Positions 8,788 through 16,842 of a DNA stretch of 64,000 nucleotides are shown here, piece by piece. The notes under the pieces are model-generated. The model ran no database searches and was not told the DNA's origin. It was given only the letters and a program-made list of their open reading frames with translations. Numbering within the stretch: the first letter of the stretch is position 1; every line of letters starts with the position of its first letter. Made by a program: the position numbers and the translations under genes. Source of the stretch: Candidatus Nomurabacteria bacterium (GTDB taxonomy: Bacteria; Patescibacteriota; Minisyncoccia; Phycocordibacterales; JACOZG01); NCBI GenBank assembly GCA_020847275.1, contig JADLCI010000001.1, positions 2,540 through 66,539 of the forward strand, read 5' to 3'.

Positions 8788-10968
8788 ATGAAATTGCTCA
8801 TTGTTGAATCGCCAGCAAAAGCGAAAACGATTTCAAAATACCTGGACGGTGAATATACCGTGCGGGCAAGTGTTGGGCATATTCGTGATTTACCAAAATC
8901 AAACAAGAATGCGATTAATATTGCAGATGGTTTCGTACCGCATTATGAAATCTCACCAGGAAAGGAGAAGGTGGTGAAAGAGTTAAAGAGTTTAGCAAAG
9001 CGGTCAGAGAAAACCTTGCTCGCAACAGACCCCGACCGCGAGGGTGAGGCAATTGCTTGGCACATTAAGGAAGCAATCGGGCTGAAGAAACCAGAACGCG
9101 TCGTTTTCCACGAAATCACAAAGGAGGCGGTACAAGAAGCCATGAAACATCCCCGCCAGATTGATGAAAATCTTCGCTCCGCCCAAGAAGCACGGCGAGT
9201 GCTGGACAGATTGTTTGGCTACGATCTTTCTGGATTGATTTGGCAGAAATTACGCTACGGCCTATCGGCCGGAAGAGTTCAATCTCCGGCCCTACGAATC
9301 CTTGTGGAACGTGAACGAGAGATTAAGGCCTTTGTTCCAGAAAAATTTTGGGTGATAGAAGCGCTCCTTACCACAAAGGATGAAACCGAAATCAAGTTCA
9401 CCTGTACGGTTGAGCCGAAAACGGGCGAAGAGGCGGCGAAAATCGTAGATCTGAGTCAGAAAAGTGATTGGCAAATAGATACCGTTAAACAAAGTGAGGC
9501 CAAGCGAACAGCCCGAGCACCATTTACCACCTCCACACTTCAACAAGCTGCTAGTTCGCGACTAGGCTATTCACCATCAATCACCATGCGGCTCGCCCAG
9601 AAACTTTACGAGGCGGGGCATATTACTTACATGAGAACGGACAGCACCAATCTGTCGCAACAGACGCTTGGTGAGATTGCCACGGTGGTGAAGGATCGGT
9701 TTGGTGATAAATATTACACTCGCCAGACCTATGCGACAAAAAGCAAGAACGCCCAGGAGGCCCACGAGGCCATCAGACCAACTCATCCCAATACCACAAA
9801 GGTTGGAAACTCCGCACAAGAAGAAAACCTATACCGTCTAATCTGGGCCCGAACAATTGCCAGCCAGATGAGCGCCGCTGAAATTCTAAAAACAGAAATT
9901 ATTGCCCGGCCACAAAATCCAGAAATTCCTGACTTCAAGACCACGGGTTCGGTAATCACTTTTGCCGGTTGGTTGGAAGCTGACCCAGATGCCCGTGGTG
10001 AAGATCTGGAATTACCAGAAATCGAGAGTGGAGAAAAACTAAGATTGAAAAATATCGAGTCGCTTGGCAAAGAGACCCAGCCACCAAGACGATATTCCGA
10101 AGCTGGTTTGGTAAAAGAATTGGAAAAGCGTGGCATTGGTCGACCGTCAACCTATGCCCCAACGATTAAAACAATCATCGATCGTGGCTATGTTGAGAAG
10201 GAAGCCCGAAGCTTAAAGCCGACAGAAACCGGAGAAGTTGTAAGCACTTTCCTGGAACAATATTTTGCGTCCTATATTAGTGATGACTTCACTCGCGAGA
10301 TGGAGGACAATCTCGACCAAATTGCCAGCGGCGAGCGTGAGTATGTAAAGACGTTAAAGGACTTCTATGGCCCCTTCAAGAAAGCGGTGGCTGAGAAAAA
10401 AGACATTCCCAAGATTACAAACCTTGGTGCTGCCCCAGAAGAGACGCGGTGTCCCCTTTGTGTCGGACCAATGATTATCAAACTGGGTCGCTCGGGCAAG
10501 TTTTATTCCTGTGCCAAATTTCCCGACTGTACTGGCGCCCGCAAACTTACTGGTGAAGAAATGTCGGGACCAAAGGAGACTGGTGAATCATGCCCGGAAT
10601 GTAAGGACGGGAAGCTGGTAGAACGAGACGGAAAATTTGGCAAATTCATCGCCTGTGCCAACTATCCGAAATGTAAGTTTATAAAAAAAGACCCCGAACA
10701 GGAGGCGAAAAACGACACCGGAATCCAGTGTCCGAAATGTAAAAAGGGAACAATGGGAGAACGGCGTGGGCGCTTCGGCATCTTCTATGGCTGTTCCAAT
10801 TATCCGGCCTGTAAAAATATCATCAAAACCAAACCAACTGGTAAACTCTGTGATATTTGTGGCGCCCTGATGATGACCGGGACCAAAACCATCCCTGATC
10901 GTTGTTCAGACAAAACCTGCGTTAATCACAATCCACACAAAGTTGAGAAGGCTAGCACGAAGAAGTAG
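8788..10968 (+). CDS. topA: DNA topoisomerase I with C-terminal C4 zinc ribbons
   Basis: 726 aa; Toprim domain (MKLLIVESPAKAKTI), the active-site region, and four CxxC...CxxC zinc-ribbon repeats at the C-terminus. The dprA-topA adjacency is conserved. Confidence 0.95.
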   Translation: MKLLIVESPAKAKTISKYLDGEYTVRASVGHIRDLPKSNKNAINIADGFVPHYEISPGKEKVVKELKSLAKRSEKTLLATDPDREGEAIAWHIKEAIGLKKPERVVFHEITKEAVQEAMKHPRQIDENLRSAQEARRVLDRLFGYDLSGLIWQKLRYGLSAGRVQSPALRILVEREREIKAFVPEKFWVIEALLTTKDETEIKFTCTVEPKTGEEAAKIVDLSQKSDWQIDTVKQSEAKRTARAPFTTSTLQQAASSRLGYSPSITMRLAQKLYEAGHITYMRTDSTNLSQQTLGEIATVVKDRFGDKYYTRQTYATKSKNAQEAHEAIRPTHPNTTKVGNSAQEENLYRLIWARTIASQMSAAEILKTEIIARPQNPEIPDFKTTGSVITFAGWLEADPDARGEDLELPEIESGEKLRLKNIESLGKETQPPRRYSEAGLVKELEKRGIGRPSTYAPTIKTIIDRGYVEKEARSLKPTETGEVVSTFLEQYFASYISDDFTREMEDNLDQIASGEREYVKTLKDFYGPFKKAVAEKKDIPKITNLGAAPEETRCPLCVGPMIIKLGRSGKFYSCAKFPDCTGARKLTGEEMSGPKETGESCPECKDGKLVERDGKFGKFIACANYPKCKFIKKDPEQEAKNDTGIQCPKCKKGTMGERRGRFGIFYGCSNYPACKNIIKTKPTGKLCDICGALMMTGTKTIPDRCSDKTCVNHNPHKVEKASTKK

Positions 10969-10974
10969 AATTTT

Positions 10975-11934
10975 CTACAGTGAAAAATTCTTGAGATTAT
11001 AAAGCTCGCTCTCCGGATCATCGGGAATGGTATCGTCAGCGGGTGCTTCGGCCATCTCACCCTCCGGGGCAACAAGATTCTCCTCTACCACTTTCTCCTT
11101 ATCGCCGTTCAATAGTTCCAAAATCTGCGCCAAGTCATTGTTATCAAAGAAGTCAATCGTAACCTTCCCGCCCACCTCCTTACGATCCACCCGTACTCGT
11201 GTGCCAAGCTTTTCTGTTAGCTTTTGCTCCAACTCAACAATCTCCGGATCAACGAGATATGTTTTGTTGCGCACTTTCTCAAAAGCGATGCGTCGAGCAA
11301 TTGATTCTGTCTCCCGTACAGTAAGTCGCTTCTGTATAATTTCCTGGAAAAGTGTCCTCTGTTCTTCTGGTCGATCAATTAACATTAGAATTGGTCGTGA
11401 GTGGCCCTCGGTAATCTTCCCGGCTGTCAGTGCCTCAATCATCTCCTCTGGCATCCCCAACAAACGAATTGAATTGGAGACATACTCTCGACTCTTCCCC
11501 ACCCTCTTGGCCACATCAGCGTGGGTGAGCGTGAAATCATTCACCAACTGATGGAAGGCTCGAGCCCGGTCAACCGGATTCAAATCCTCACGCTGGAGAT
11601 TCTCAATAATGGCCATCTCCAATTTCATCTTATCTGTCTCAATACCATCCTTAATTAGAGCGGGCACGGCACTAATACCCGCGATCTTTGACGCTCTCCA
11701 CCGGCGTTCGCCAGCAATTAGCTCGTACTCCACTGCCAATCCACCATCTTCACGTTCCACCTCCTTCCGAGTGACGACTAACGGCTGAAGCACTCCGTAC
11801 TGACGAATGGAATCCGCCAGAGCGCGTAGTTTATCCTCGTCAAACTCATGTCGTGGCTGAAACGGATTAGGTTTAATCTTGTCCACGCCAATCCAGAAAA
11901 TTGCACTGTTGTAGGTTTCACTCATTTGCTTCAT
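10975..11934 (-). CDS. parB: chromosome partitioning protein ParB (Spo0J)
   Basis: ParB N-terminal box (LQPLVVTR...ELIAGERRWRASKIAG) and HTH. The longest ORF starts at 12027 and would overlap tRNA-Leu, so I trimmed the start to the ATG at 11934 (MKQMSETYNS). Confidence 0.85.
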   Translation of the reverse strand: MKQMSETYNSAIFWIGVDKIKPNPFQPRHEFDEDKLRALADSIRQYGVLQPLVVTRKEVEREDGGLAVEYELIAGERRWRASKIAGISAVPALIKDGIETDKMKLEMAIIENLQREDLNPVDRARAFHQLVNDFTLTHADVAKRVGKSREYVSNSIRLLGMPEEMIEALTAGKITEGHSRPILMLIDRPEEQRTLFQEIIQKRLTVRETESIARRIAFEKVRNKTYLVDPEIVELEQKLTEKLGTRVRVDRKEVGGKVTIDFFDNNDLAQILELLNGDKEKVVEENLVAPEGEMAEAPADDTIPDDPESELYNLKNFSL

Positions 11935-11975
11935 TTTAACACAAAGCAACTTTTGTGCTAAGCTCAATTCCGATA

Positions 11976-12058
11976 GCCGGAGTGGCGGAATGGCATACGC
12001 ATACGACTCAAAATCGTACGGCCGCAAGGCCTTGTGGGTTCAAGTCCCACCTCCGGCA
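11976..12058 (+). tRNA. tRNA-Leu (anticodon CAA)
   Basis: Cloverleaf with acceptor GCCGGAG/CTCCGGC, anticodon loop CTCAAAA, long variable arm and a GTGGG-TTCAAGT-CCCAC T-arm. Confidence 0.85.
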
Positions 12059-12065
12059 CATCGTT

Positions 12066-12137
12066 GTCCCCGTAGTCTAATGGATAGAACACGGGCCTCC
12101 GAAGCTCGAGATACAGGTTCGATTCCTGTCGGGGACA
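12066..12137 (+). tRNA. tRNA-Arg (anticodon CCG)
   Basis: Acceptor GTCCCCG/CGGGGAC, anticodon loop CTCCGAA, T-arm ACAGG-TTCGATT-CCTGT; 72 nt. Confidence 0.8.
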
Positions 12138-12172
12138 CCGCGCTGAAACAAAAGAGATTCTCGATTCCGTTT

Positions 12173-12201
12173 TTGACTTGACATAATAGACCAGATATGC
12201 T
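12173..12201 (+). promoter_or_regulatory. candidate sigma70 promoter (TTGACT-17-TATGCT) for the high-GC gene
   Basis: Hexamers at 12173-12178 and 12196-12201 with a 17-nt spacer, about 190 nt upstream of the start codon. Confidence 0.4.
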
Positions 12202-12394
12202 AGCCTCTGTTCATAATTTGGGGTGGTGAATTACCCTTCAAATTACGGTAGCTCTTTGATAAGACGGGAGGAAAAATCGAGAATTCTCCATCTAAGCAGT
12301 GAGTAGCGCATTGGACACCTAAATTAGGTATCTAGTGCACTACTCATTGTGGGTAGGCGAAATCAAACAAACTCAAACCAAAAGGAGAATTATC

Positions 12395-13051
12395 ATGAAA
12401 GTCCTAGTTTTCGACGACAACGAGACCCATCGCGCCGCCGCTCATGCCCAACTCAAAGACCACGACCTCACGGTCGTCGGTACCTACGACGAGGCACAGA
12501 AGCTGCTCACGCCACAGTTCGACTACGAGAAGGCCTCGGCCACTCTCAAGGGTCAGTTCGGCGACTTCAACCCCTATCGTTCCGACGATGAGGCGAAGAA
12601 GGCCGAATACTTTGCGGCCGAGAAGGTGGCGAACGAGCAGGCGACGACCTACCCCAACTTCGATGTTGTTCTGTCCGACCTCCTCGTGCCCGCTTCGCGG
12701 CAGGCGCAGGGTTCGATGGAACTCGTCGGCAAGGAGATGCCCGTCGGCATCTTCATCGGGCTACTGGCCGCGGTCAAAGCTCGTGCGAAGTATGTCGCCG
12801 TCTTCACGGATAGCGACCATCACTCGCATCCTGCCTCCGCCTGCTTCGACACCTTCAACGATGGCGAGACTGCCCCCACGCCGTTCATGATCGAGGGCAG
12901 CAAGGTCCTCCTCTCCAACACGAGGAACTGGGTTAACAAGTACGATCCGCAGGACCTCTCGAGGGCGCTGGGGTACGAGGAGTACAGCAAGCGGTCCGAC
13001 ACGGTCCGCGCCAAGAACTGGTCTGCGCTCCTCTCATACCTCACCGCCTAA
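12395..13051 (+). CDS. receiver (REC/CheY)-like domain protein, horizontally acquired (high GC, GC3-rich)
   Basis: 218 aa from the ATG at 12395, preceded by AAAGGAGAAT. MKVLVFDDNE...FDVVLSDLLVP resembles the receiver beta1/beta3 acidic pocket. GC is about 62% with GC3 about 80%, against about 46% in flanking genes. It has its own promoter and terminator. Confidence 0.6.
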   Translation: MKVLVFDDNETHRAAAHAQLKDHDLTVVGTYDEAQKLLTPQFDYEKASATLKGQFGDFNPYRSDDEAKKAEYFAAEKVANEQATTYPNFDVVLSDLLVPASRQAQGSMELVGKEMPVGIFIGLLAAVKARAKYVAVFTDSDHHSHPASACFDTFNDGETAPTPFMIEGSKVLLSNTRNWVNKYDPQDLSRALGYEEYSKRSDTVRAKNWSALLSYLTA

Positions 13052-13071
13052 CCCGCCTCCCACCAACCCAA

Positions 13072-13109
13072 CGCGCCATGTCTTCGGACCTCTGGCGCGT
13101 TTTCTTTTT
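13072..13109 (+). terminator. intrinsic terminator
   Basis: CGCGCCA-(14 nt)-TGGCGCG hairpin followed by TTTTCTTTTT. Confidence 0.7.
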
Positions 13110-13205
13110 CATAATTCAAAGAACAAAGGATTTGCCGCTAAGACTGAAGTCCGTTAGAATCTCAGTAAATCCGAATTCTGCCAAAGAGAAAACTGAAATC
13201 GTCAC

Positions 13206-14121
13206 ATGAGCAAGCAAGTCTTAGTAATTGTCGGCCCCACAGCCAGTGGTAAAAGTGCCTTGGCGGTTCAGCTGGCCAAGAAGTTTGATGGTGAAATTAT
13301 TTCGGCAGATTCAAGACAGGTTTATCGTGGCTTAGATATCGGGAGCGGAAAGATTACCGAGAAAGAGAAGCGTGGTATTCCCCACCACCTCCTAGACATC
13401 GCTTCACCCAAACGCATCTTTACTGTGGCGCGATATCAAAAATTAGCAAAACAAAAGATCGCCGAGATCATTGGTCGAGGAAAGTTACCAATCATCTGTG
13501 GCGGCACAGGCTTCTATATCCAAGCGATTGTCGACGACCTGGCTTTACCGAAAGTGAAACCGGATTCTCGTCTCCGGAAAAGTCTCGCCCAGAAAACTGT
13601 GCCCGAATTATTTAAAATGCTTCAGAAACTAGACAGCAACCGGGCGAGAAAAATTGACAGAAATAATCCCCGGCGACTAATCCGCGCGATAGAGATTGCC
13701 AAACATGGGCCAAAAAAGTGACTACCAGTTTATTATAATCGGCCTCAATCCCGGGCCCGAAAAGTTGAAACGGCTAATCAGAGTCCGGCTAGAAAAACGC
13801 CTAAAAAATGGACTAATTGATGAGGTCAGAGACTTGAGAAGGGGCGGCTTGAGCTGGCGAAGATTGGAAAGTCTTGGTCTGGAATATAGGTTCGTCTCTC
13901 TTTACTTGCAGAAAAAACCAGACAGAAAAGAGCTGGTGGAGAAATTGAATATCGCCATCTGGCATTATGCTAAGCGACAAATGACTTGGTGGAAACGCGA
14001 CGAGCGAATACAGTGGCTAGAACAAAAATCAGCGTTGAAGTTAAAGCTGAAACCAAACAGTACTGACACCAAGAACCTATTACAAACCCCTGCAAATAGA
14101 CGAAGACAAGCGAGGCGATGA
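13206..14121 (+). pseudogene. miaA: tRNA dimethylallyltransferase split by a +1 frameshift in an A6 run (or homopolymer sequencing error)
   Basis: ORF 13206-13721 carries the P-loop GPTASGKS, DSRQVYRGLDIGSGK and the RRLIRAIEI motif. ORF 13696-14121, in the +1 frame, carries the MiaA C-terminal half (QFIIIGLNP...YAKRQMTWWK). Both reading frames cover AAAAAA at 13712-13717, and deleting one A restores a continuous 300-aa MiaA. Confidence 0.8.
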
Positions 14122-14440
14122 AAGCCAGGAGCGACAGAAACCAAAGCGTATTCACCACCCACTTTCTCTGCTCCTGTAAATAAAACAGAACCAAGACAAA
14201 GACAGCGAGATAAAACAGCGACCCAAGTAGCGCCACTGGAATACCGGCAACGGTGGAATAAATACTACTAGTGACAGTATCGCAACCATCAAGGAAAGAA
14301 CAAGGGATGGGAGCCCCGGTGTAATGTTTAATCGCCAGAAAAGTGGCGTCGGCAAAACCGAGAAAACTAAGCCCCAAGATTGTCAGTAATAAGTTTCTTG
14401 AATTCTTCATAACTCTGTGGGTTATTAATTCTTTTCCCAT
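13970..14440 (-). CDS. vitamin K epoxide reductase (VKOR)-family membrane thiol oxidoreductase
   Basis: 156 aa, about 4 TM helices, loop cysteines CSFLDGC and an active-site CQYC in the last helix. The 3' end overlaps the miaA 3' end convergently by about 150 nt. Confidence 0.7.
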   Translation of the reverse strand: MGKELITHRVMKNSRNLLLTILGLSFLGFADATFLAIKHYTGAPIPCSFLDGCDTVTSSIYSTVAGIPVALLGSLFYLAVFVLVLFYLQEQRKWVVNTLWFLSLLAFIASLVFVYLQGFVIGSWCQYCLVSALTSTLIFVLATVFARRVSTKSFVA

Positions 14441-15122
14441 TCAGAAAAAAGCTTGGTGTTGAATCAACACCAGAACTTACGCCACTCTGGAGATCTTGTT
14501 CTACCGCCTTCTTCACCATTGCGCTATCAATATCCTGCTCCAGTTTAGAAAGATTGAGACCAAGCGGTTGAAGCAACTTTACCAGCGTTTGACGGGCTAA
14601 AATTTGCTCGGACCAGAGTTTCTGGTTGTCAAAAATGATATCCGCCGCCAGCCAGAACTTACCCTGCAAACCGGCCGCCTCAACGACCTGAGAAGAAATC
14701 TGGGCATTAGCATGAATGGTCCGAAGTGGGAAATGGCGATAGACCACTACTAATTGTTCGTCGGCAAATTCGTCACGCAATTGCTTGATCCACGGAGCAT
14801 AAAAAGCGCAAGCTGGACACTGGAAATCACTATATTCAACTAACTGAACCTTGGCATCAAGGTTACCGTCGAGCCAATCAGCCTCCGTTACCGGAATCGA
14901 AAGCGCCCCATCGCTAGGTACACCGCCGGGCGGAGTGACTGTCGCTAGTTTATATAGACCAAAAACGGTACCCCCAAGAATCAAAATAGCCAGAATCCAG
15001 GGCCAAATGCCCCGTCCTGACCCAGAAGCAACTGGCCGTACACCCGCACCACCGCGCTCGGCACGCTTCAATTTCTGCTCCTGTTCGTATTGCTCCTTAG
15101 GACTTAATTGATTTTCTGCCAT
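14367..15122 (-). CDS. DsbA-family thiol:disulfide oxidoreductase (membrane-anchored)
   Basis: 251 aa; N-terminal TM, thioredoxin fold with a CPAC active site (SDFQCPACAFY) and a cis-Pro region. Confidence 0.8.
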   Translation of the reverse strand: MAENQLSPKEQYEQEQKLKRAERGGAGVRPVASGSGRGIWPWILAILILGGTVFGLYKLATVTPPGGVPSDGALSIPVTEADWLDGNLDAKVQLVEYSDFQCPACAFYAPWIKQLRDEFADEQLVVVYRHFPLRTIHANAQISSQVVEAAGLQGKFWLAADIIFDNQKLWSEQILARQTLVKLLQPLGLNLSKLEQDIDSAMVKKAVEQDLQSGVSSGVDSTPSFFLNGKRINNPQSYEEFKKLITDNLGA

Positions 15123-15145
15123 ATTTTCTATATCCTAACAGATAC

Positions 15146-15217
15146 GGGCCTGTAGTTTCAATGGTAAAACATCGGTCTCCAAAACCGAGGTTCCGCGTTC
15201 GAGTCGCGGCGGGCCCG
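15146..15217 (+). tRNA. tRNA-Trp (anticodon CCA)
   Basis: Acceptor GGGCCTG/CGGGCCC, anticodon stem TCGGT/ACCGA with loop CTCCAAA, T-arm CCGCG-TTCGAGT-CGCGG. Confidence 0.85.
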
Positions 15218-15219
15218 CC

Positions 15220-15378
15220 CTATTTCTTCGCTTCCTTATGACCCGTGTGCTTGCGACACCAGCGGCAGTGCTTCTTAATCTCAATCTTGCGTTCCACCAG
15301 CTTGCGATTCTTCCGACTCCAGTAATTAACCCGTTTGCAGGTTTGGCAAGCCAGCTTGATTAGTTGATCCTGTGACAT
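15220..15378 (-). CDS. rpmG: 50S ribosomal protein L33
   Basis: 52-aa minus-strand ORF missed by the ORF track: MSQDQLIKLACQTCKRVNYWSRKNRKLVERKIEIKKHCRWCRKHTGHKEAKK, with the L33 zinc-ribbon CxxC...CxxC pattern and the conserved KHT.HKE ending. Confidence 0.8.
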   Translation of the reverse strand: MSQDQLIKLACQTCKRVNYWSRKNRKLVERKIEIKKHCRWCRKHTGHKEAKK

Positions 15379-15518
15379 AGGTTAATAAGGCTAATATATT
15401 TAGGAGGAAAAGGCAAATTTAATTTTTTAGCAGAAATAAAGGTAAGACAACTTGGTACGCACCACGAAACGAGACGAAACTATTTTGAGCCTTGCTTTGG
15501 GGTGGTATATTGTAGCCT

Positions 15519-16250
15519 ATGTATTTTGCTGGTGATCTGACAAAATCAAGCAAATGGGAACTTCTTCACCTAAAAGAAGTGTCCTACTGGCATCGGGCCG
15601 GCAGTGGTATCCAAGAGGTATTTAACAGAATGCGGGCGTCCGGTAAGAAGCATCTAAGTGAGATGGACACTGAAACTATCGAGGTCTGGGTCACCACCAT
15701 GCTTGCTCTGGCAATGCAGCACAGAGAGAAAAAGATTTTTTGGCTTGGAAAACCAAAAAACGATCCACCTGACATGGCAGTTATGACCGTTACGGAAACG
15801 GGTTATTTTCATGCGCGAGAAATCGAGGTCACAAGATGTATGCACCCAAACGAGAACCTGATCAAAAATATTTTGAAAAAAGACCGAGAAAATAAATTAT
15901 CAGAAAAATATATTCTATGTGGTTTTATGGAGATTCATGGTCATTACAATTTAGTCTCTATCGGCAATTACCTTCAAACTAAATTGGAGAATATTAAAAA
16001 TGTGGTCTTGGTTTTTAATGGGGGGATGATTTTTAATACAGATGAAATTGCGACAAGAAATTTGTGGACTGTGGCTCAAATATCACCAGTCTTTGACGCT
16101 ATTACTGTGAACATATCGTCCGAATACAATAACTGGTTAAACGACCCAGACAAGCTCCGTTATACAAAAAATGGCCAAATATATTTTGGTAAGAAAACAC
16201 TAGACGAGACTTATCCTACAATTTTACCTAATACTCCAATCTCTTTTTGA
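15519..16250 (+). CDS. hypothetical protein (orphan; AT-rich 3' half)
   Basis: 243 aa, no recognisable motif. GC falls to about 33% in the second half. Candidate promoter TTGAGC-17-TATATT lies just upstream. Confidence 0.5.
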   Translation: MYFAGDLTKSSKWELLHLKEVSYWHRAGSGIQEVFNRMRASGKKHLSEMDTETIEVWVTTMLALAMQHREKKIFWLGKPKNDPPDMAVMTVTETGYFHAREIEVTRCMHPNENLIKNILKKDRENKLSEKYILCGFMEIHGHYNLVSIGNYLQTKLENIKNVVLVFNGGMIFNTDEIATRNLWTVAQISPVFDAITVNISSEYNNWLNDPDKLRYTKNGQIYFGKKTLDETYPTILPNTPISF

Positions 16251-16286
16251 AATAACCCGGGTGAGAGAGTCTCATCACTAATCGCC

Positions 16287-16529
16287 CTAGAAAGGCTTTA
16301 TAAGTTCTTTGCCACGACACAGTGCATGCAGTCTCGTGTGCGCACTGCGTGTCATAAGCCACAGGTTGTTCTTGCGGAAATTTCGCTTATTACCGTCTAC
16401 GTGATGCACAACGTATCCATGGAAAATAACACCCCCAACCTTATTGGCGGCCACAGTTCTGTGAACCAAGGTTTTGCTGTCTTTCCATCTAGGGTAGCCC
16501 TTTTTGTCTATGTAGAAATTTTGCACCAC
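16287..16529 (-). CDS. HNH endonuclease
   Basis: 80 aa; HHVDGNKRNFRKNNLWLM...H matches the HNH beta-beta-alpha motif (His-His...Asn...His). Confidence 0.7.
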   Translation of the reverse strand: MVQNFYIDKKGYPRWKDSKTLVHRTVAANKVGGVIFHGYVVHHVDGNKRNFRKNNLWLMTRSAHTRLHALCRGKELIKPF

Positions 16530-16562
16530 AACAGACTACCATACTAAAATAGCATTGTCAAG

Positions 16563-16584
16563 TTTGTGCGCCGGGCAGGATTCG
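16563..16584. repeat. 22-bp direct repeat duplicating the 3' end of tRNA-Tyr (att-like scar), distal copy
   Basis: TTGTGCGCCGGGCAGGATTCGA at 16563-16584 matches 16737-16758 (the tRNA-Tyr T-loop through its 3' end) at 21/22 positions; the 153-bp segment between them is 63% GC. Confidence 0.7.
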
Positions 16585-16736
16585 ACTACAACTCTCGGCT
16601 TGCCGTCGCTCGCCTCGGTCGCAGTCCCAGCTCGCGGCCTCGCGTACTCGCTCGGCATCGCTCCGCTCTTCGAATCCTTCAGCAGGGGCAGTATAGCGCA
16701 CAATAAAACCGAGCAAAAGCCCGGTTCTATTGGCGC

Positions 16737-16758
16737 TGTGCGCCGGGCAGGATTCGAA
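16737..16758. repeat. proximal copy of the 22-bp repeat (part of intact tRNA-Tyr)
   Basis: TGTGCGCCGGGCAGGATTCGA lies within the tRNA-Tyr 3' half; see the partner at 16563-16584. Confidence 0.7.
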
Positions 16759-16821
16759 CCTGCGTAGCCCAAAGGGCGACAGATTTACAGTCTGTTGTAA
16801 TTGACCACTCTACCACCGACG
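16738..16821 (-). tRNA. tRNA-Tyr (anticodon GTA)
   Basis: On the minus strand: acceptor GCGTCGG/CCGGCGC, anticodon stem ACAGA/TCTGT with loop CTGTAAA, long variable arm, T-arm GCAGG-TTCGAAT-CCTGC. A terminator-like hairpin follows the 3' end. Confidence 0.85.
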
Positions 16822-16842
16822 CGCGACCTTACTATATATATT

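Noticed and set aside
10975-12027. Longest ParB ORF extending to 12027 and overlapping tRNA-Leu(CAA)
   Set aside because: The N-terminal 31 residues have no ParB similarity and run antisense through a tRNA gene, so I trimmed to the ATG at 11934.
12349-12890. Two long alternative-frame ORFs (80 and 148 aa, Arg/Pro/Ser-rich) inside the high-GC gene
   Set aside because: These are typical open-frame artifacts of GC3-saturated sequence. Their composition is non-protein-like, and the receiver-like frame has an SD and codon periodicity.
13690-13725. Programmed -1 ribosomal frameshift at A_AAA_AAG in miaA
   Set aside because: The heptamer is in the right phase, but the -1 frame does not continue into the MiaA C-terminal half, which is in +1. 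A homopolymer indel explains it better.
16585-16737. 153-bp GC-rich CTCGC-repeat segment between the tRNA-Tyr repeats, considered as a mini-CRISPR array or sRNA
   Set aside because: There are no regularly spaced identical repeats. It begins with a terminator-like hairpin for tRNA-Tyr. It is better explained as an integration scar or filler.
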